NCBI GenBank assembly: GCA_963677755.1
Contig: OY782506.1
Coordinates: 958,137-1,022,136, forward strand
Direction of reading: 5' to 3'
DNA from: Arcobacteraceae bacterium
GTDB lineage: Bacteria > Campylobacterota > Campylobacteria > Campylobacterales > Arcobacteraceae
DNA length: 64,000 nt
Shown here: piece after piece, positions 19,736-29,524 of the stretch
Layout of the letters: every line of letters starts with the position of its first letter
Position numbering within the stretch: position 1 is the first letter of the stretch
Notes under the pieces: model-generated
Told to the model about the DNA's origin: nothing
Databases searched by the model: none
The model's input: the letters and a program-made list of their open reading frames with translations, nothing else
Position numbers and translations under genes: made by a program

Positions 19736-21065
19736 TTACTATAGCTATAACAGTGTTTAGTTCTGATTCTTGAATAGTTCTAAAATCTAATAAAAATTTA
19801 TCATCTTCAATCCGTCCTATCACTTTTTTATCTCTAAAAAGTTTTTCAATTTTACTTGGTTTGTAATTTTTAAACTCTATAGTTAAAGCAATAGTTGGTA
19901 TTTTTCTATTAGGGGTTGTCCCTCCACCAATCAATGTTTGAGTCTCAATAATAGTAGATTTACAAATATCTTTTATTTTATTTTCTACTTTAGTTGCCCT
20001 TTGTTTTAAAGTATCTATAGGGGTAAAAAGCATATTAAGTGTAGGGATTTTCTCTTTTTTATCAAGTAAAAGTGAAATGATATTATCTTCTAAAATTGCT
20101 AGAGTGATTTTATCAACACGCAACATTCTTAGTAGTTGATTTTTTTTCAGTTGCTCAATATACTTTTTTTTACCTACAATAATCCCTGCTTGTACTGACC
20201 CTAGTAGTTTATCTCCTGAAAAACTTACCAAACTTGGATTAGATCTCATTATCTCTTTAACACTAGGCTCTGTTTGATTTAGATTGTATGGTAGATCAAT
20301 CATATGTCCACTACCCATATCAAAATAATCTATAAGATTGTTTTTTGTAGCTACTTCAACTATCTCTTCATGGGAAACTTCACTTGTAAAACCCTCAATA
20401 GAGTAGTTTGACTTATGAACTTTCATCAATATAGCACTATTCTCATTACAAGCGTTTTCATAGTCTTTTAGATGTGTTTTATTTGTAGTTCCTATCTCTT
20501 TTAAAATAGCACCACTACTAGACATAACATCAGGAACTCTAAAACTACCACCAATCTCCACAAGTTCTCCTCGACTTACTACTGCTTCTTTATTTTGAGC
20601 AAAAGTGTTAAGGACTAAAAATACAGCACTCGCGTTATTATTCACTATTAAAACATCTTCACACTCTAAAAGTTCACATAAGGCTTTTGATATATGTGAG
20701 TATCTTTCTCCCCGTTTCCCTTTATCTAGGTCATATTCTAAATTATTGTATGAGGTAACAATATCTTTTACTTTTTCAAAACTCTCTGGAGCTATAAGGC
20801 TTCTGCCTAAGTTTGTATGGACTATGATACCTGTTGCATTTATAACTTTTTTTAAAGATGGTGAGATGATATCTTGATACTCATTTATCACTTTTAGAGT
20901 AAGAAGCTCCTCATCTATAGTAGTTATATCTTTGTTTATAATACCTATTCGTAAATCATCAATAATCTTTTTTGATATTTTGGTAACAAGTTTTGTTGAT
21001 AGATTATCAAATGCACTATTTTGTACAAATTTATCTACTTTTGGGATAGACTTAAGTAAAAGCAT
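19716..21065 (-). CDS. selA: L-seryl-tRNA(Sec) selenium transferase SelA
   Basis: 449 aa. PLP-lysine motif FSGDKLLGSVQAGIIVG. Sits next to selB and tRNA-Sec. Confidence 0.93.
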   Translation of the reverse strand: MLLLKSIPKVDKFVQNSAFDNLSTKLVTKISKKIIDDLRIGIINKDITTIDEELLTLKVINEYQDIISPSLKKVINATGIIVHTNLGRSLIAPESFEKVKDIVTSYNNLEYDLDKGKRGERYSHISKALCELLECEDVLIVNNNASAVFLVLNTFAQNKEAVVSRGELVEIGGSFRVPDVMSSSGAILKEIGTTNKTHLKDYENACNENSAILMKVHKSNYSIEGFTSEVSHEEIVEVATKNNLIDYFDMGSGHMIDLPYNLNQTEPSVKEIMRSNPSLVSFSGDKLLGSVQAGIIVGKKKYIEQLKKNQLLRMLRVDKITLAILEDNIISLLLDKKEKIPTLNMLFTPIDTLKQRATKVENKIKDICKSTIIETQTLIGGGTTPNRKIPTIALTIEFKNYKPSKIEKLFRDKKVIGRIEDDKFLLDFRTIQESELNTVIAIVSEICDV

Positions 21066-21117
21066 TTTTACCCTTTCAGTTTAATTTAATCTTTATAGTG
21101 TAAAATTTCTCTGTTAG

Positions 21118-21217
21118 TGGGGGGTATGTGATCCTGGTGGACACCACAGGTTTCAACCCTGATTGGAGGTATTTGTGTAAACGCCTCGGTAGGTTCGATT
21201 CCTACACCTTCTCACCA
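21118..21217 (+). tRNA. selC: tRNA-Sec (anticodon UCA)
   Basis: Canonical T arm GTAGG-TTCGATT-CCTAC (21189-21205). 7-nt loop TT-TCA-AC with TCA at 21153-21155. 6-bp D stem with one bulge and a 4-nt loop (TGGT). Long extra arm (21166-21187) and encoded CCA (21215-21217). The acceptor pairs the G-run 21119-21125 with 21206-21212 using several G-U pairs, so the exact 5' end is uncertain. Confidence 0.7.
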
Positions 21218-21298
21218 AAATATTTTGGACCCTCACGAACTCTTATACAATATCATTTAAACTTCTTGATTTTATCAAATCTAATGTATTATTTTACT

Positions 21299-21322
21299 TA
21301 AAAAGTCAAATCTATTTGACCT
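21299..21322 (-). terminator. putative terminator of the chemoreceptor gene
   Basis: GTCAAA-tcta-TTTGAC hairpin followed by a T-run on the minus strand. Confidence 0.4.
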
Positions 21323-21379
21323 TAATTTATAAGATAGAAGTGGAACTTTTGTGGAAAGAGAAAGAGGTGATATAAACTA

Positions 21380-23653
21380 TCATACCTCTATTTTATTTTC
21401 AAACTCTTTATCTTCAGTGTTTGCTACAGCTTCTTTTGCTAAAAGGTCTGTTTCTATAGCTACTTGTTTTGCTTTGTGTGCTATTTGTGCATTATTTTGT
21501 GTTTTTTGATCTAAAGCATTGACAGCACTATTTATTTGTTGGATACCTTCAAGTTGCTCTTTTGAACTGTTTTCAACATCGTTAATGAGTTCAATAGTGT
21601 TAAAAATATTTTTGTTGAGTGTTGTATATCCGTTTGTCATCTCATCTGCAATACTTTTCCCATAATTTGCTCGTGTTGTAGCTTTTTCAACAAGATTTTT
21701 AATCTCATTTGCAGCTTCTGCACTTCTACTAGCTAAGTTTCTTACCTCTTGTGCAACAACGGCAAAACCTTTTCCAGCTTCTCCCGCAGTTGCTGCTTCA
21801 ACAGCTGCATTTAAAGATAGAATATTTGTTTGAAATGCTATTTGGTCTATAACTGTAATAGCTTCATTAATTGCAGTTACCTCTTGATTGATCTCGTCCA
21901 TTGCAGTTGTTGTTTTTGTAGCGAGATTTTGACCTTGATTAACAGAAGTTGTTACCTCTTCTGCAAAAGCAGCCATTTTTGATATATTGTGTGTATTGTT
22001 TGAGATATTTGTTGTGATCTCTTCAAGTGCTGCAGCTGTTTGTTCTAAAGATGATGCAGCTTCTGTTGAGTTCTGATTTAAAGTATCAACATTATTTAAA
22101 AGAATATCACTACTTTTGTCCAAAGTAATTCCTAATTTTCTATTTTCAATTAAAATATTTGTAATAGAGTCTCTTAAACTATTTACACCAATACAAAGTT
22201 TGAGTTGGTGTGCTTTTATCCCTTGTGTATCAACTGTATTGAGGTAGTTGTTTTTTGTATATTGGTCTAATACTGTTAGTACATTATTGATATTTATCTC
22301 TATTTTTTCGCCCATTTGATTAAGAAGTTTGGTAAGTTCTTGTAAGATAGGATTATCACTTTTTGTCATTACTCGTTGTGATAGATTGCCTTGTTCAAAT
22401 TCAGCTAAAACAGCAATACTTTCCTGAATGAGTTGATTGTCAAGCTCAATTGTTTTTTGTGTTTTTTTAATATTATGGTTAATTAGATGACTCATAATTC
22501 CTATCTCATCATCTGATTTTACTTCCATGATTTCTATCTTATCTTTCTCTTTATTTATATATGCAAAAAAATCTATAAGTCCAGATTGAAGTTTGTTTAG
22601 TGGAGATATTATTAATCTTTTTGTTACTAAAAATATAGCAAGAGAGATAACCAAAAGTATACTAATGCTTATTGCATAAAGGATATTTCTCATAATATAA
22701 CTTTCCACTAAAAATTCATCAATTTCAGATGTTAAAAGAAGTTTCCATTTTCTCTCTTTGTAGTCTAGATATACAATGTGTTTTAAATTATTTTTATTTG
22801 TATAATTTAGTGACCCGTAGTTATTTTTGTATAAAGTTTCTATAAAATTAAATCCATTATCATCTTGTAGTTTATAGATATTTTCTTTACTATGAATAGG
22901 GTCTAAAATCACATCCCCTTTTGTTTTTGTACTTAAGATAGAAAGATACCCTTTTGTTCCAATTTTAATTTGTTTTAGTGTTTCTAAAAGTTTATTCATA
23001 CTTTTAGTGTAGTTATACCCAACATATAAGATACCAATAAGTTCTCCATCTTTTATAATTGGATTGTATACAGCCATATAATCATTTCCAAAAAGTTTTG
23101 CAGTACCAAAATATCTCTCTTTATTCATTATATGTTTATATGCAGGAGATTTTTTCCCTAAAAATGTACCCAAAGTTCGAGTTCCATCACCTCTTTTTAA
23201 TGAGGTAGTAACCCGCACAAAATCATCTCCTTGTTTTGCAAATACAGTTGCTGTTGAACCTTTGATTTTTGTATAGTTATCCACAAAGTCAAAGTTAAGG
23301 TTAAGTTGCTCCCCGTTATTAGTTATAAGGGGTGTTTGGACATTATTTACTAAAATAGTTTTAGAATAATCTATCTCAATATTAGAAAATTGAGACTCAA
23401 AAACTTCAAAAAGTTTATTTGCTATCCCTTTTAATGAATCATCATACACCTCCAAAGTGTTTTTAATAGAAAAAATTCTTTTTTCTAATTGTGTATGAAC
23501 TTGATCTTTGATAATTGATTGTGAGTAGGAGATTGAAAGTGTTGTTAAGCCTATAAAGCCAATGCAAAGTAATGAGATGAGTGTAACATTAATCTTTTTG
23601 ACCAACGAATCCATTTTGAACATAAAGTACCCTTTGAAAATTATTTTATACAA
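21380..23653 (-). CDS. methyl-accepting chemotaxis protein with Cache-type periplasmic sensor
   Basis: 757 aa. Cache-like region ([18 protein letters not shown]...GTFLG...[19 protein letters not shown]), TM helix, HAMP, and the conserved signalling hairpin [37 protein letters not shown]. The true start may be an internal Met (MFKMDSL). Confidence 0.9.
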   Translation of the reverse strand: MYKIIFKGYFMFKMDSLVKKINVTLISLLCIGFIGLTTLSISYSQSIIKDQVHTQLEKRIFSIKNTLEVYDDSLKGIANKLFEVFESQFSNIEIDYSKTILVNNVQTPLITNNGEQLNLNFDFVDNYTKIKGSTATVFAKQGDDFVRVTTSLKRGDGTRTLGTFLGKKSPAYKHIMNKERYFGTAKLFGNDYMAVYNPIIKDGELIGILYVGYNYTKSMNKLLETLKQIKIGTKGYLSILSTKTKGDVILDPIHSKENIYKLQDDNGFNFIETLYKNNYGSLNYTNKNNLKHIVYLDYKERKWKLLLTSEIDEFLVESYIMRNILYAISISILLVISLAIFLVTKRLIISPLNKLQSGLIDFFAYINKEKDKIEIMEVKSDDEIGIMSHLINHNIKKTQKTIELDNQLIQESIAVLAEFEQGNLSQRVMTKSDNPILQELTKLLNQMGEKIEININNVLTVLDQYTKNNYLNTVDTQGIKAHQLKLCIGVNSLRDSITNILIENRKLGITLDKSSDILLNNVDTLNQNSTEAASSLEQTAAALEEITTNISNNTHNISKMAAFAEEVTTSVNQGQNLATKTTTAMDEINQEVTAINEAITVIDQIAFQTNILSLNAAVEAATAGEAGKGFAVVAQEVRNLASRSAEAANEIKNLVEKATTRANYGKSIADEMTNGYTTLNKNIFNTIELINDVENSSKEQLEGIQQINSAVNALDQKTQNNAQIAHKAKQVAIETDLLAKEAVANTEDKEFENKIEV

Positions 23654-23770
23654 AATAAAGTTTTATTTGGGATTATAAAGAAATAATTATTAAAAAATGG
23701 TAAATTAAAATTTACCATTTTAAAAAAGAAGATTAAATGTAGAGTAAAATATTTTTATATAGTATATTAT

Positions 23771-24808
23771 CTATTGTACAACAATTGGTGTTTCTTTTCT
23801 TGAAACTATCTCTCCAACTATTGTTGCATAACCAAAAGTGAAATCTTCAATTCTTTTTAAATATTCCTCTGCATCTTTTGGGTCAATAGCGATTAGAAGT
23901 CCTCCAGAAGTTTGTGCATCACAAAGAATTTGCTTTTGTATTTCAGATATATGTGAAGCATAAGAGACTTTATCTTCTAGGTATTTTTTATTTTTTTTAC
24001 TACCACCTGGAACTACATCTTGCTTTATGAGCTCTTCTACTTTATTAAATACAGGTATATTATCATTGTATAGTTTATAAGTAATATCCTCTCTTGTAGA
24101 TTCTAAACTATGTCCTAACAGACTAAATCCTGTAATATCAGTACATGCATCTACACGGTACTCTTTAAGGATTTTTGATGTTTCATAGTTTAAACACTCC
24201 ATAACCTTTATCGCCTCTTTTGTTGTCTCAATATCTAATAAGTCTCTTTTTATAGCAGTGGTTAATACCCCTAATCCAATTGGTTTTGTAAGTATTAAAA
24301 GGTCTCCTATTTTTCCACTATTATTTTTTAAGATATTAGTTGGGTGTATCATACCTGTCACACTAAGTCCATAATACATCTCAGGTGTTTCAATAGTGTG
24401 TCCACCCATTAAAACTCCATTACACTCTTTTATCTTATCATTTCCACCACGCAACATCTCATTTAAAACTTCACGATTAAAGTTTTTAGCATCAAACCCA
24501 ACTATATTCATAGCAGTTTTTACATCGGCACCCATTGCAAATATATCTGACAATGAGTTAGCTGCAGCAATTTTCCCATAAATATAAGGATCATCAACAA
24601 CAGGTGTTATAAAATCAAGTGTTTGTACTAAAGCTTCATTTTCATTTATTTTAAAAACAGAGGCATCTTCACTATTCTCAAATCCTACAAGTATATTTTC
24701 ATTATCTGGTTTAAGTTGGCAAATTGTTTGTTTTAGATCCTCCGGACCCATTTTTGCCGCGCAACCAGCTGCTTGTACAAATTTGGTTAATTTATATTGA
24801 CTATTCAT
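23771..24808 (-). CDS. selD: selenide, water dikinase SelD (Cys-type)
   Basis: 345 aa. N-terminal AAGCAAKMGP loop corresponding to the catalytic Cys/Lys loop, and an AIR-synthase-like fold. Confidence 0.9.
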   Translation of the reverse strand: MNSQYKLTKFVQAAGCAAKMGPEDLKQTICQLKPDNENILVGFENSEDASVFKINENEALVQTLDFITPVVDDPYIYGKIAAANSLSDIFAMGADVKTAMNIVGFDAKNFNREVLNEMLRGGNDKIKECNGVLMGGHTIETPEMYYGLSVTGMIHPTNILKNNSGKIGDLLILTKPIGLGVLTTAIKRDLLDIETTKEAIKVMECLNYETSKILKEYRVDACTDITGFSLLGHSLESTREDITYKLYNDNIPVFNKVEELIKQDVVPGGSKKNKKYLEDKVSYASHISEIQKQILCDAQTSGGLLIAIDPKDAEEYLKRIEDFTFGYATIVGEIVSRKETPIVVQ

Positions 24809-25122
24809 TAAAACTCTTTATTTGTATATTATTATAAGAATATTAGAGATTATATCCCTATATCCTACAACTTACGCTAATTATCTTATTAGTATAGTAT
24901 AAATAAAATTAAAGTTTGCAAAATAAAAAGGTTAATAAAATTTTACTCATTAAGCTCAAATTTATTAATATTATTTTATAGTTTTATTTTATAAGAATAA
25001 AATAAGTTATAACTTACTTTATTATTTGAAAGGTCTAAGGTTTAGATATCCATGTATTAAAGATAGAATTACTAACATTCCTTCTTTCTCATGTAAAATA
25101 AAATTATAATTAAGGAAATATA

Positions 25123-26445
25123 ATGGGTGTAGAACAACATAAAGAGCTACTTTCAGATATTGGTGTAGATGTAGAGAGACATGCAAAAATGATGACAATG
25201 GGTTTAGAGTCTTATAAAAACCAATTTATGTCTCAACAAAATAGACCAGAGGGGATGAAATATTTTGATTGGTTTATGAGTGAGATTCAAGGTGATAGAA
25301 TTGCTGAGATAAATGAACTAAAAAAGAAGAAAAAACCTGCTGTTGGAACATTTTGTATATTTGTTCCTGAAGAGATTATCGTTGGTGCTGGTGGGGCCTG
25401 TTTTGGTCTTTGTGGAGGAAGCCCTGCTACTATAGCTGATGCAGAAACAGAACTTCCACGAAATATTTGCCCATTGATCAAATCAGCACATGGTTTTAAG
25501 TTACAAAAGACATGTGCTTATACACAAAGTTCAGATTTTATTTACGGGGAAACAACTTGTGAAGCAAAAAAGAAAACATGGGAGATTTTAAATAAACATC
25601 ATCCTGTTCACGTGATGAATATACCACACATGAAAAGGGAAAAAGATTTAAAGATGTGGAAAGAGGAGATTGTTGAGTTTAAAGAACATATTGAAGAAGT
25701 TACAGGGGAAAAACTCTCTTTAGAAGAGATGCTTAACGGAACTAAAATTATCAATGAAAAAAGAAAAGCTATGAATAGATTGGATTCATTGAGAGGTTTA
25801 AATCCTGATGTTGTTCCTATTAGTGGAAAAGATGCATTATTTGTAAATCAAATGGGATTTTTAGATGAGCCAGTAAGATATACTGAAAAAGTAAATGAAC
25901 TTTGTGATGAGTTAGAAAAAAGAGTTGAGGAAAAAGTTTCAGTATTTGAAGAAAATACACCAAGAATCATGGTACTTGGAACTCCAATTGCCCCACCAAA
26001 CTGGAAACTCCATACAGCAGTTGAGGGTTCAGGTGGAGCTATTATCAATGAAGAATCATGTATTGGTCATAGATACTATAAAGATAATGTAGATTTAGAT
26101 AATATAGAAACAGAAGATGATTTAATGGGTGAATTGATGAAAAGATATAGTGCAGTTGATTGTGCTTGTTTTACACCTAATACACCTAGAATTGATAAAA
26201 TATTAGAGATGTATAAAGATAGAAAAGCTGATGGAGTTATCTACTATACTTTATCTTTTTGTCATACATATAATGTGGAATCTCATTTAGTAACAGAAGC
26301 TTTAGAAGCGGCAGGAATACCATGTTTAGTTATAGAATCTGATTATTCTCCTGAAGATGCTGGACAAATTAAAACTAGAGTTGAAGCATTCTTAGAAAGT
26401 ATATCTTTTAAAAATAAAGCCTTGAAATTTAAATCAAATAGTTAA
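25123..26445 (+). CDS. HgdB/BcrC-family protein of the double-cubane-cluster (DCCP-like) reductase type
   Basis: 440 aa with many conserved Cys (FCIFVPEE, CFGLCGG, NICPLIK, ETTCEAKK, ESCIGH, DCACFTP, SFCHTYN) and the C-terminal ...VIESDYSPEDAGQIKTRVEAFLE typical of 2-hydroxyacyl-CoA dehydratase-like proteins. A cognate activase gene follows. Confidence 0.75.
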   Translation: MGVEQHKELLSDIGVDVERHAKMMTMGLESYKNQFMSQQNRPEGMKYFDWFMSEIQGDRIAEINELKKKKKPAVGTFCIFVPEEIIVGAGGACFGLCGGSPATIADAETELPRNICPLIKSAHGFKLQKTCAYTQSSDFIYGETTCEAKKKTWEILNKHHPVHVMNIPHMKREKDLKMWKEEIVEFKEHIEEVTGEKLSLEEMLNGTKIINEKRKAMNRLDSLRGLNPDVVPISGKDALFVNQMGFLDEPVRYTEKVNELCDELEKRVEEKVSVFEENTPRIMVLGTPIAPPNWKLHTAVEGSGGAIINEESCIGHRYYKDNVDLDNIETEDDLMGELMKRYSAVDCACFTPNTPRIDKILEMYKDRKADGVIYYTLSFCHTYNVESHLVTEALEAAGIPCLVIESDYSPEDAGQIKTRVEAFLESISFKNKALKFKSNS

Positions 26446-26446
26446 T

Positions 26447-27208
26447 ATGTATTGGGGCGTTGATGTTGGTTCCACATATACTAAAATATGTGGAATTAAC
26501 GAAAAAAAAGAGATTATAGATACACAAGTGATACCAACAATTGTAAATCAAGATGAGATAGTAAAAGAGTATCTAAAAGATAAAAATGTACAGATGCTTG
26601 TATCAACAGGATATGGAAGACATATGATTGAAGATACTTTCTCTTGCCCTATAATCAGTGAGATAAAAGCACATGCAAAAGGGGCACATTTTTTTCAAGA
26701 GGAAGCTCAAATGGTTGTTGATTTAGGTGGTCAAGATAGTAAAGTGATTTTACTAGATAAAACAGGTGGATTTATAGACTTCAAAATGAATGATAAATGT
26801 GCAGCAGGAACTGGAAAGTTTTTAGAGATAGCATCAAGTAGAATGGGGTTGGGTTTAGAAGAATTTTCTAAAATTGGGTTTGAGGCAGATAAAGAGCTTA
26901 CTATCTCTAGTATGTGTGCAGTCTTTGCTGAATCAGAAGTTATCTCTTTAATAGCAAAGAAAGAGAGTGCTGCAAATATATGTTTTGCTGTTCATGAGTC
27001 AATAGCTTCAAGATTGGCTTCAATGGCAAGAAAGTTTGCAATAAAAAGTGAATATATTGTATTTACAGGTGGTGGAGCATTAAATGGTTTTTTAGTAGAC
27101 CTTTTATCGAAGAAGTTAGAAAAAAGTGTAGTTGCAGCTTCTCATCCACAGCTTGTAGGTGCTATAGGTGCAGCACTAAGTGGTTATGAAGTTTTTCATG
27201 AGATTTAA
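26447..27208 (+). CDS. BcrA/BadF/HgdC-type ATPase activase (electron-transferring ATPase)
   Basis: 253 aa. ASKHA-fold motifs GVDVGSTYTKI and DLGGQDSKV. Cluster-bridging Cys in NDKCAAGTGKFLE and SSMCAVFAESEVI. Confidence 0.85.
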   Translation: MYWGVDVGSTYTKICGINEKKEIIDTQVIPTIVNQDEIVKEYLKDKNVQMLVSTGYGRHMIEDTFSCPIISEIKAHAKGAHFFQEEAQMVVDLGGQDSKVILLDKTGGFIDFKMNDKCAAGTGKFLEIASSRMGLGLEEFSKIGFEADKELTISSMCAVFAESEVISLIAKKESAANICFAVHESIASRLASMARKFAIKSEYIVFTGGGALNGFLVDLLSKKLEKSVVAASHPQLVGAIGAALSGYEVFHEI

Positions 27209-27213
27209 AATCA

Positions 27214-27245
27214 AAAAAAATAGACTTTTTAAGTCTATTTTTTAT
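27214..27245. terminator. bidirectional terminator
   Basis: AAAAATAGACTT-ttt-AAGTCTATTTTT between convergent genes. Confidence 0.55.
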
Positions 27246-27583
27246 TAAAGAGTTACAATATTTTCTGTAAGAAACATTTTTGCAGTATCCATAGCATTTC
27301 CAACAACACCAACTTTTAGATCATCTCTTTTATTATAAAAATCCAAACAAGTACCACAAGAATAGATATCTATACCTTTTGCTTCTAGTTGCTTTAAAGT
27401 TGCTAAAACTTCATTAGCTTCACTTGCAGTTGTTAATAAAACAGCACTATTAATACATACAATTGCTTTTGGTTTTTCTTCTTGTTCTAGAATAGCTTTT
27501 AAAAATCCCTTTATTAAAATTGATCCAAGTTCACCCTCACCAACTTTATCTGACTTTAGAAGTATTGTATTTTTTCTTTCCAT
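27245..27583 (-). CDS. DsrE-like protein equivalent to the C-terminal half of selenium-metabolism protein YedF
   Basis: 112 aa. LLKSDKVGEGELGSILIKGFL...IVCINSAVLL...YSCGTCLDFY. No TusA/SirA CPxP domain is present. Confidence 0.7.
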   Translation of the reverse strand: MERKNTILLKSDKVGEGELGSILIKGFLKAILEQEEKPKAIVCINSAVLLTTASEANEVLATLKQLEAKGIDIYSCGTCLDFYNKRDDLKVGVVGNAMDTAKMFLTENIVTL

Positions 27584-27769
27584 AATTTCCCTTTTTTATT
27601 AGATAAATAATTTTACTTTATTAATTATTAATTAAAGGTAAAATATTTTTTACTATTTAAGTTTATTTTTATTCTAAATCTAATATGATTCCTATTAGAA
27701 GTTCAAGCCATAGGTTATGGTGTTAAGTTGAAGTATATTTTACTTTACCTTTTGTTTAGGAGGTTTCCT

Positions 27770-28912
27770 ATGAACAAAATAGAAGAACAAAAAGTTTTTT
27801 ACAAAGGGAAAAGAATGGAAAGAAGATTATTTTTAAAAGGTGCAACATTGCTTGCAAGTTCAGCAGTTATTGCACCTAATTTATTAGTTGCTAATTCAAA
27901 TATGTATAGATTTGGTATCACAAAAGATACAAGAGTATTTAGTGTAGAAAACACTTTTAATTTAGAGCTTAACGATAAAGTAGCACAGTTATGGGTTCCA
28001 CTACCTTTAAATAGTGATTATCAAAAAGTTTTAGATATCTCTTATGAGGGTGATTTTGATGAAGGTTTTATATCAAACGATAATCCATATAATACAAGAT
28101 TAGTTTATGCAAAATGGGATAAAAATAGCAAATCAAGAAAAATGAAAGTAAAGTTTACAGTAAGTATGAGTGAAAGAAGTGTTAATCTTGACTTAGCAAC
28201 TAAAAGTACTAACTTCCCATCTGAGGTTCAAGAGTTTATAAAAGGGACTGCACATACACCAATTTCAAAAACAATTACTAATTTTGTTTATACATTAGTA
28301 GATAAAAATGATACACCATTGGAAAAAAGTCAAAAAATATTTGATTGGACTGTTGCTAATATGTATAGAGATGAGAAAGTTTTAGGTTGTGGAGTAGGGG
28401 ATGCTACTAGAATTTTAACAGAAAAACTTTTTGGTGGAAAATGTACAGATGTAAGTTCTATTTTTGTAGCACTTTTAAGAAATGCAGGAATTCCAGCACG
28501 AGAAGTTTTTGGTATAAGAGCAGGAAGTTCAAAAATATCAAAATCTTGTGGTAAATCAGATGAAAAAGGTTTTGCTAAAATCACTGGTGGACAACATTGT
28601 CGAGCAGAATTTTATCTAAATGGAATAGGTTGGGTACCAGCAGATCCAGCAGATGTAACAAAAGTTATGAAACAAGAAAAAAGAGATCTAAATGATAAAA
28701 AAATCCAAAATCTTAAAAAATATTTCTTTGGAAATTGGGAGATGAACTGGGTTGCATTTAATTATGCTAGAGATTTTGTATTAAATCCAAAACCGGCACA
28801 GTATCCATTAAATATGTTTGGTTACCCTTATGCTGAGATGGATGATGAAGTTGTAGATTATTACGATGCTAAAAACTTCTCTTATAAATACAGTTCACAA
28901 GAAAGATTATAA
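27770..28912 (+). CDS. Tat-exported transglutaminase-like (cysteine peptidase fold) protein
   Basis: RBS AGGAGG before ATG 27770, preferred over the track TTG at 27728. Twin-arginine signal ERRLFLKGATLLA. Transglutaminase core GGKCTDVSSIFVALLRNAGIPAR with downstream H (GGQHCRAEFY) and D (WVPADP). Confidence 0.75.
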   Translation: MNKIEEQKVFYKGKRMERRLFLKGATLLASSAVIAPNLLVANSNMYRFGITKDTRVFSVENTFNLELNDKVAQLWVPLPLNSDYQKVLDISYEGDFDEGFISNDNPYNTRLVYAKWDKNSKSRKMKVKFTVSMSERSVNLDLATKSTNFPSEVQEFIKGTAHTPISKTITNFVYTLVDKNDTPLEKSQKIFDWTVANMYRDEKVLGCGVGDATRILTEKLFGGKCTDVSSIFVALLRNAGIPAREVFGIRAGSSKISKSCGKSDEKGFAKITGGQHCRAEFYLNGIGWVPADPADVTKVMKQEKRDLNDKKIQNLKKYFFGNWEMNWVAFNYARDFVLNPKPAQYPLNMFGYPYAEMDDEVVDYYDAKNFSYKYSSQERL

Positions 28913-29234
28913 GATTAGTAATTATAAAGTTATAGTAACAGCTGTTATTGCAGCGTTACTTTCAACTAGTTGTTGTTTACCAGCATTTTTATTTCTGTTT
29001 TTTGGTATATCTATAGGCTCATTATCTTTTTTAACACAATTAGATTTTTTAAGAATCCCACTTGGGATTCTCTCTATTGTTTTTTTTATAATATATTTTT
29101 TAACAAAAAGAAAAAAAGTACTATGTGAGTGCAACGGTAAAAAAATAAAAACATATATTGGTTTGTTTTTATTGTGTTTAGGATTATTAGCTTTACTATT
29201 TTATCCTGAATTTTCAGTTTATTTTGTGGAGTAA
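28866..29234 (+). CDS. MerT-like small membrane protein
   Basis: Three TM helices, a CC pair in TM1 (LSTSCCLPAF) and a second Cys pair in the TM2-TM3 loop (LCEC). The start is uncertain: the only ATG overlaps the upstream gene by 47 nt. Confidence 0.55.
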   Translation: MLKTSLINTVHKKDYKISNYKVIVTAVIAALLSTSCCLPAFLFLFFGISIGSLSFLTQLDFLRIPLGILSIVFFIIYFLTKRKKVLCECNGKKIKTYIGLFLLCLGLLALLFYPEFSVYFVE

Positions 29235-29237
29235 AAA

Positions 29238-29513
29238 ATGAAAAAATTATTTATAGTGTGTGTAGTATATTTTTTAATAAACATAGCTACCTTTGCCCAA
29301 ACTATTAATATCAAAATTGATAAGATGCATTGTCCATTATGTACAACAATGGTTAAAAAAGCTATAGCTAAAGTTGATGGAGTAGAGAAGGTAAAAGTAA
29401 CTTTACACACAAAAACAGCAAAAGTAAAGTATGATGAATCAAAAATAAAGCAAAGTGATATTTTAGAAGCTATTAAAACAACAACATATACGGGTGTAGT
29501 GATAAAAGAATAA
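29238..29513 (+). CDS. periplasmic heavy-metal-associated (MerP-like) protein
   Basis: 91 aa. Signal peptide followed by an HMA fold with the MHCPLC metal-binding motif. Confidence 0.75.
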   Translation: MKKLFIVCVVYFLINIATFAQTINIKIDKMHCPLCTTMVKKAIAKVDGVEKVKVTLHTKTAKVKYDESKIKQSDILEAIKTTTYTGVVIKE

Positions 29514-29524
29514 AGGGAAATTAG

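Noticed and set aside
24809-25122. The long 314-nt selD/HgdB-like divergent intergenic region could hold a riboswitch or small RNA.
   Set aside because: I found no convincing conserved structure, palindrome or repeat by eye. It probably just holds two AT-rich promoters.
27728-27769. Upstream alternative starts given by the ORF track (TTG 27728, GTG 11178, TTG 56416, GTG 34267 and GTG 42302).
   Set aside because: In each case an ATG with a good AGGAG-type RBS lies a few codons downstream and yields a sensible N-terminus (signal peptide or Tat motif). The shorter models were preferred.
28866-29513. The MerT/MerP-like pair could be a mercury resistance (mer) operon.
   Set aside because: There is no merA, merR, merD or transposon context in the window. 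The call is limited to MerT/MerP-like architecture.
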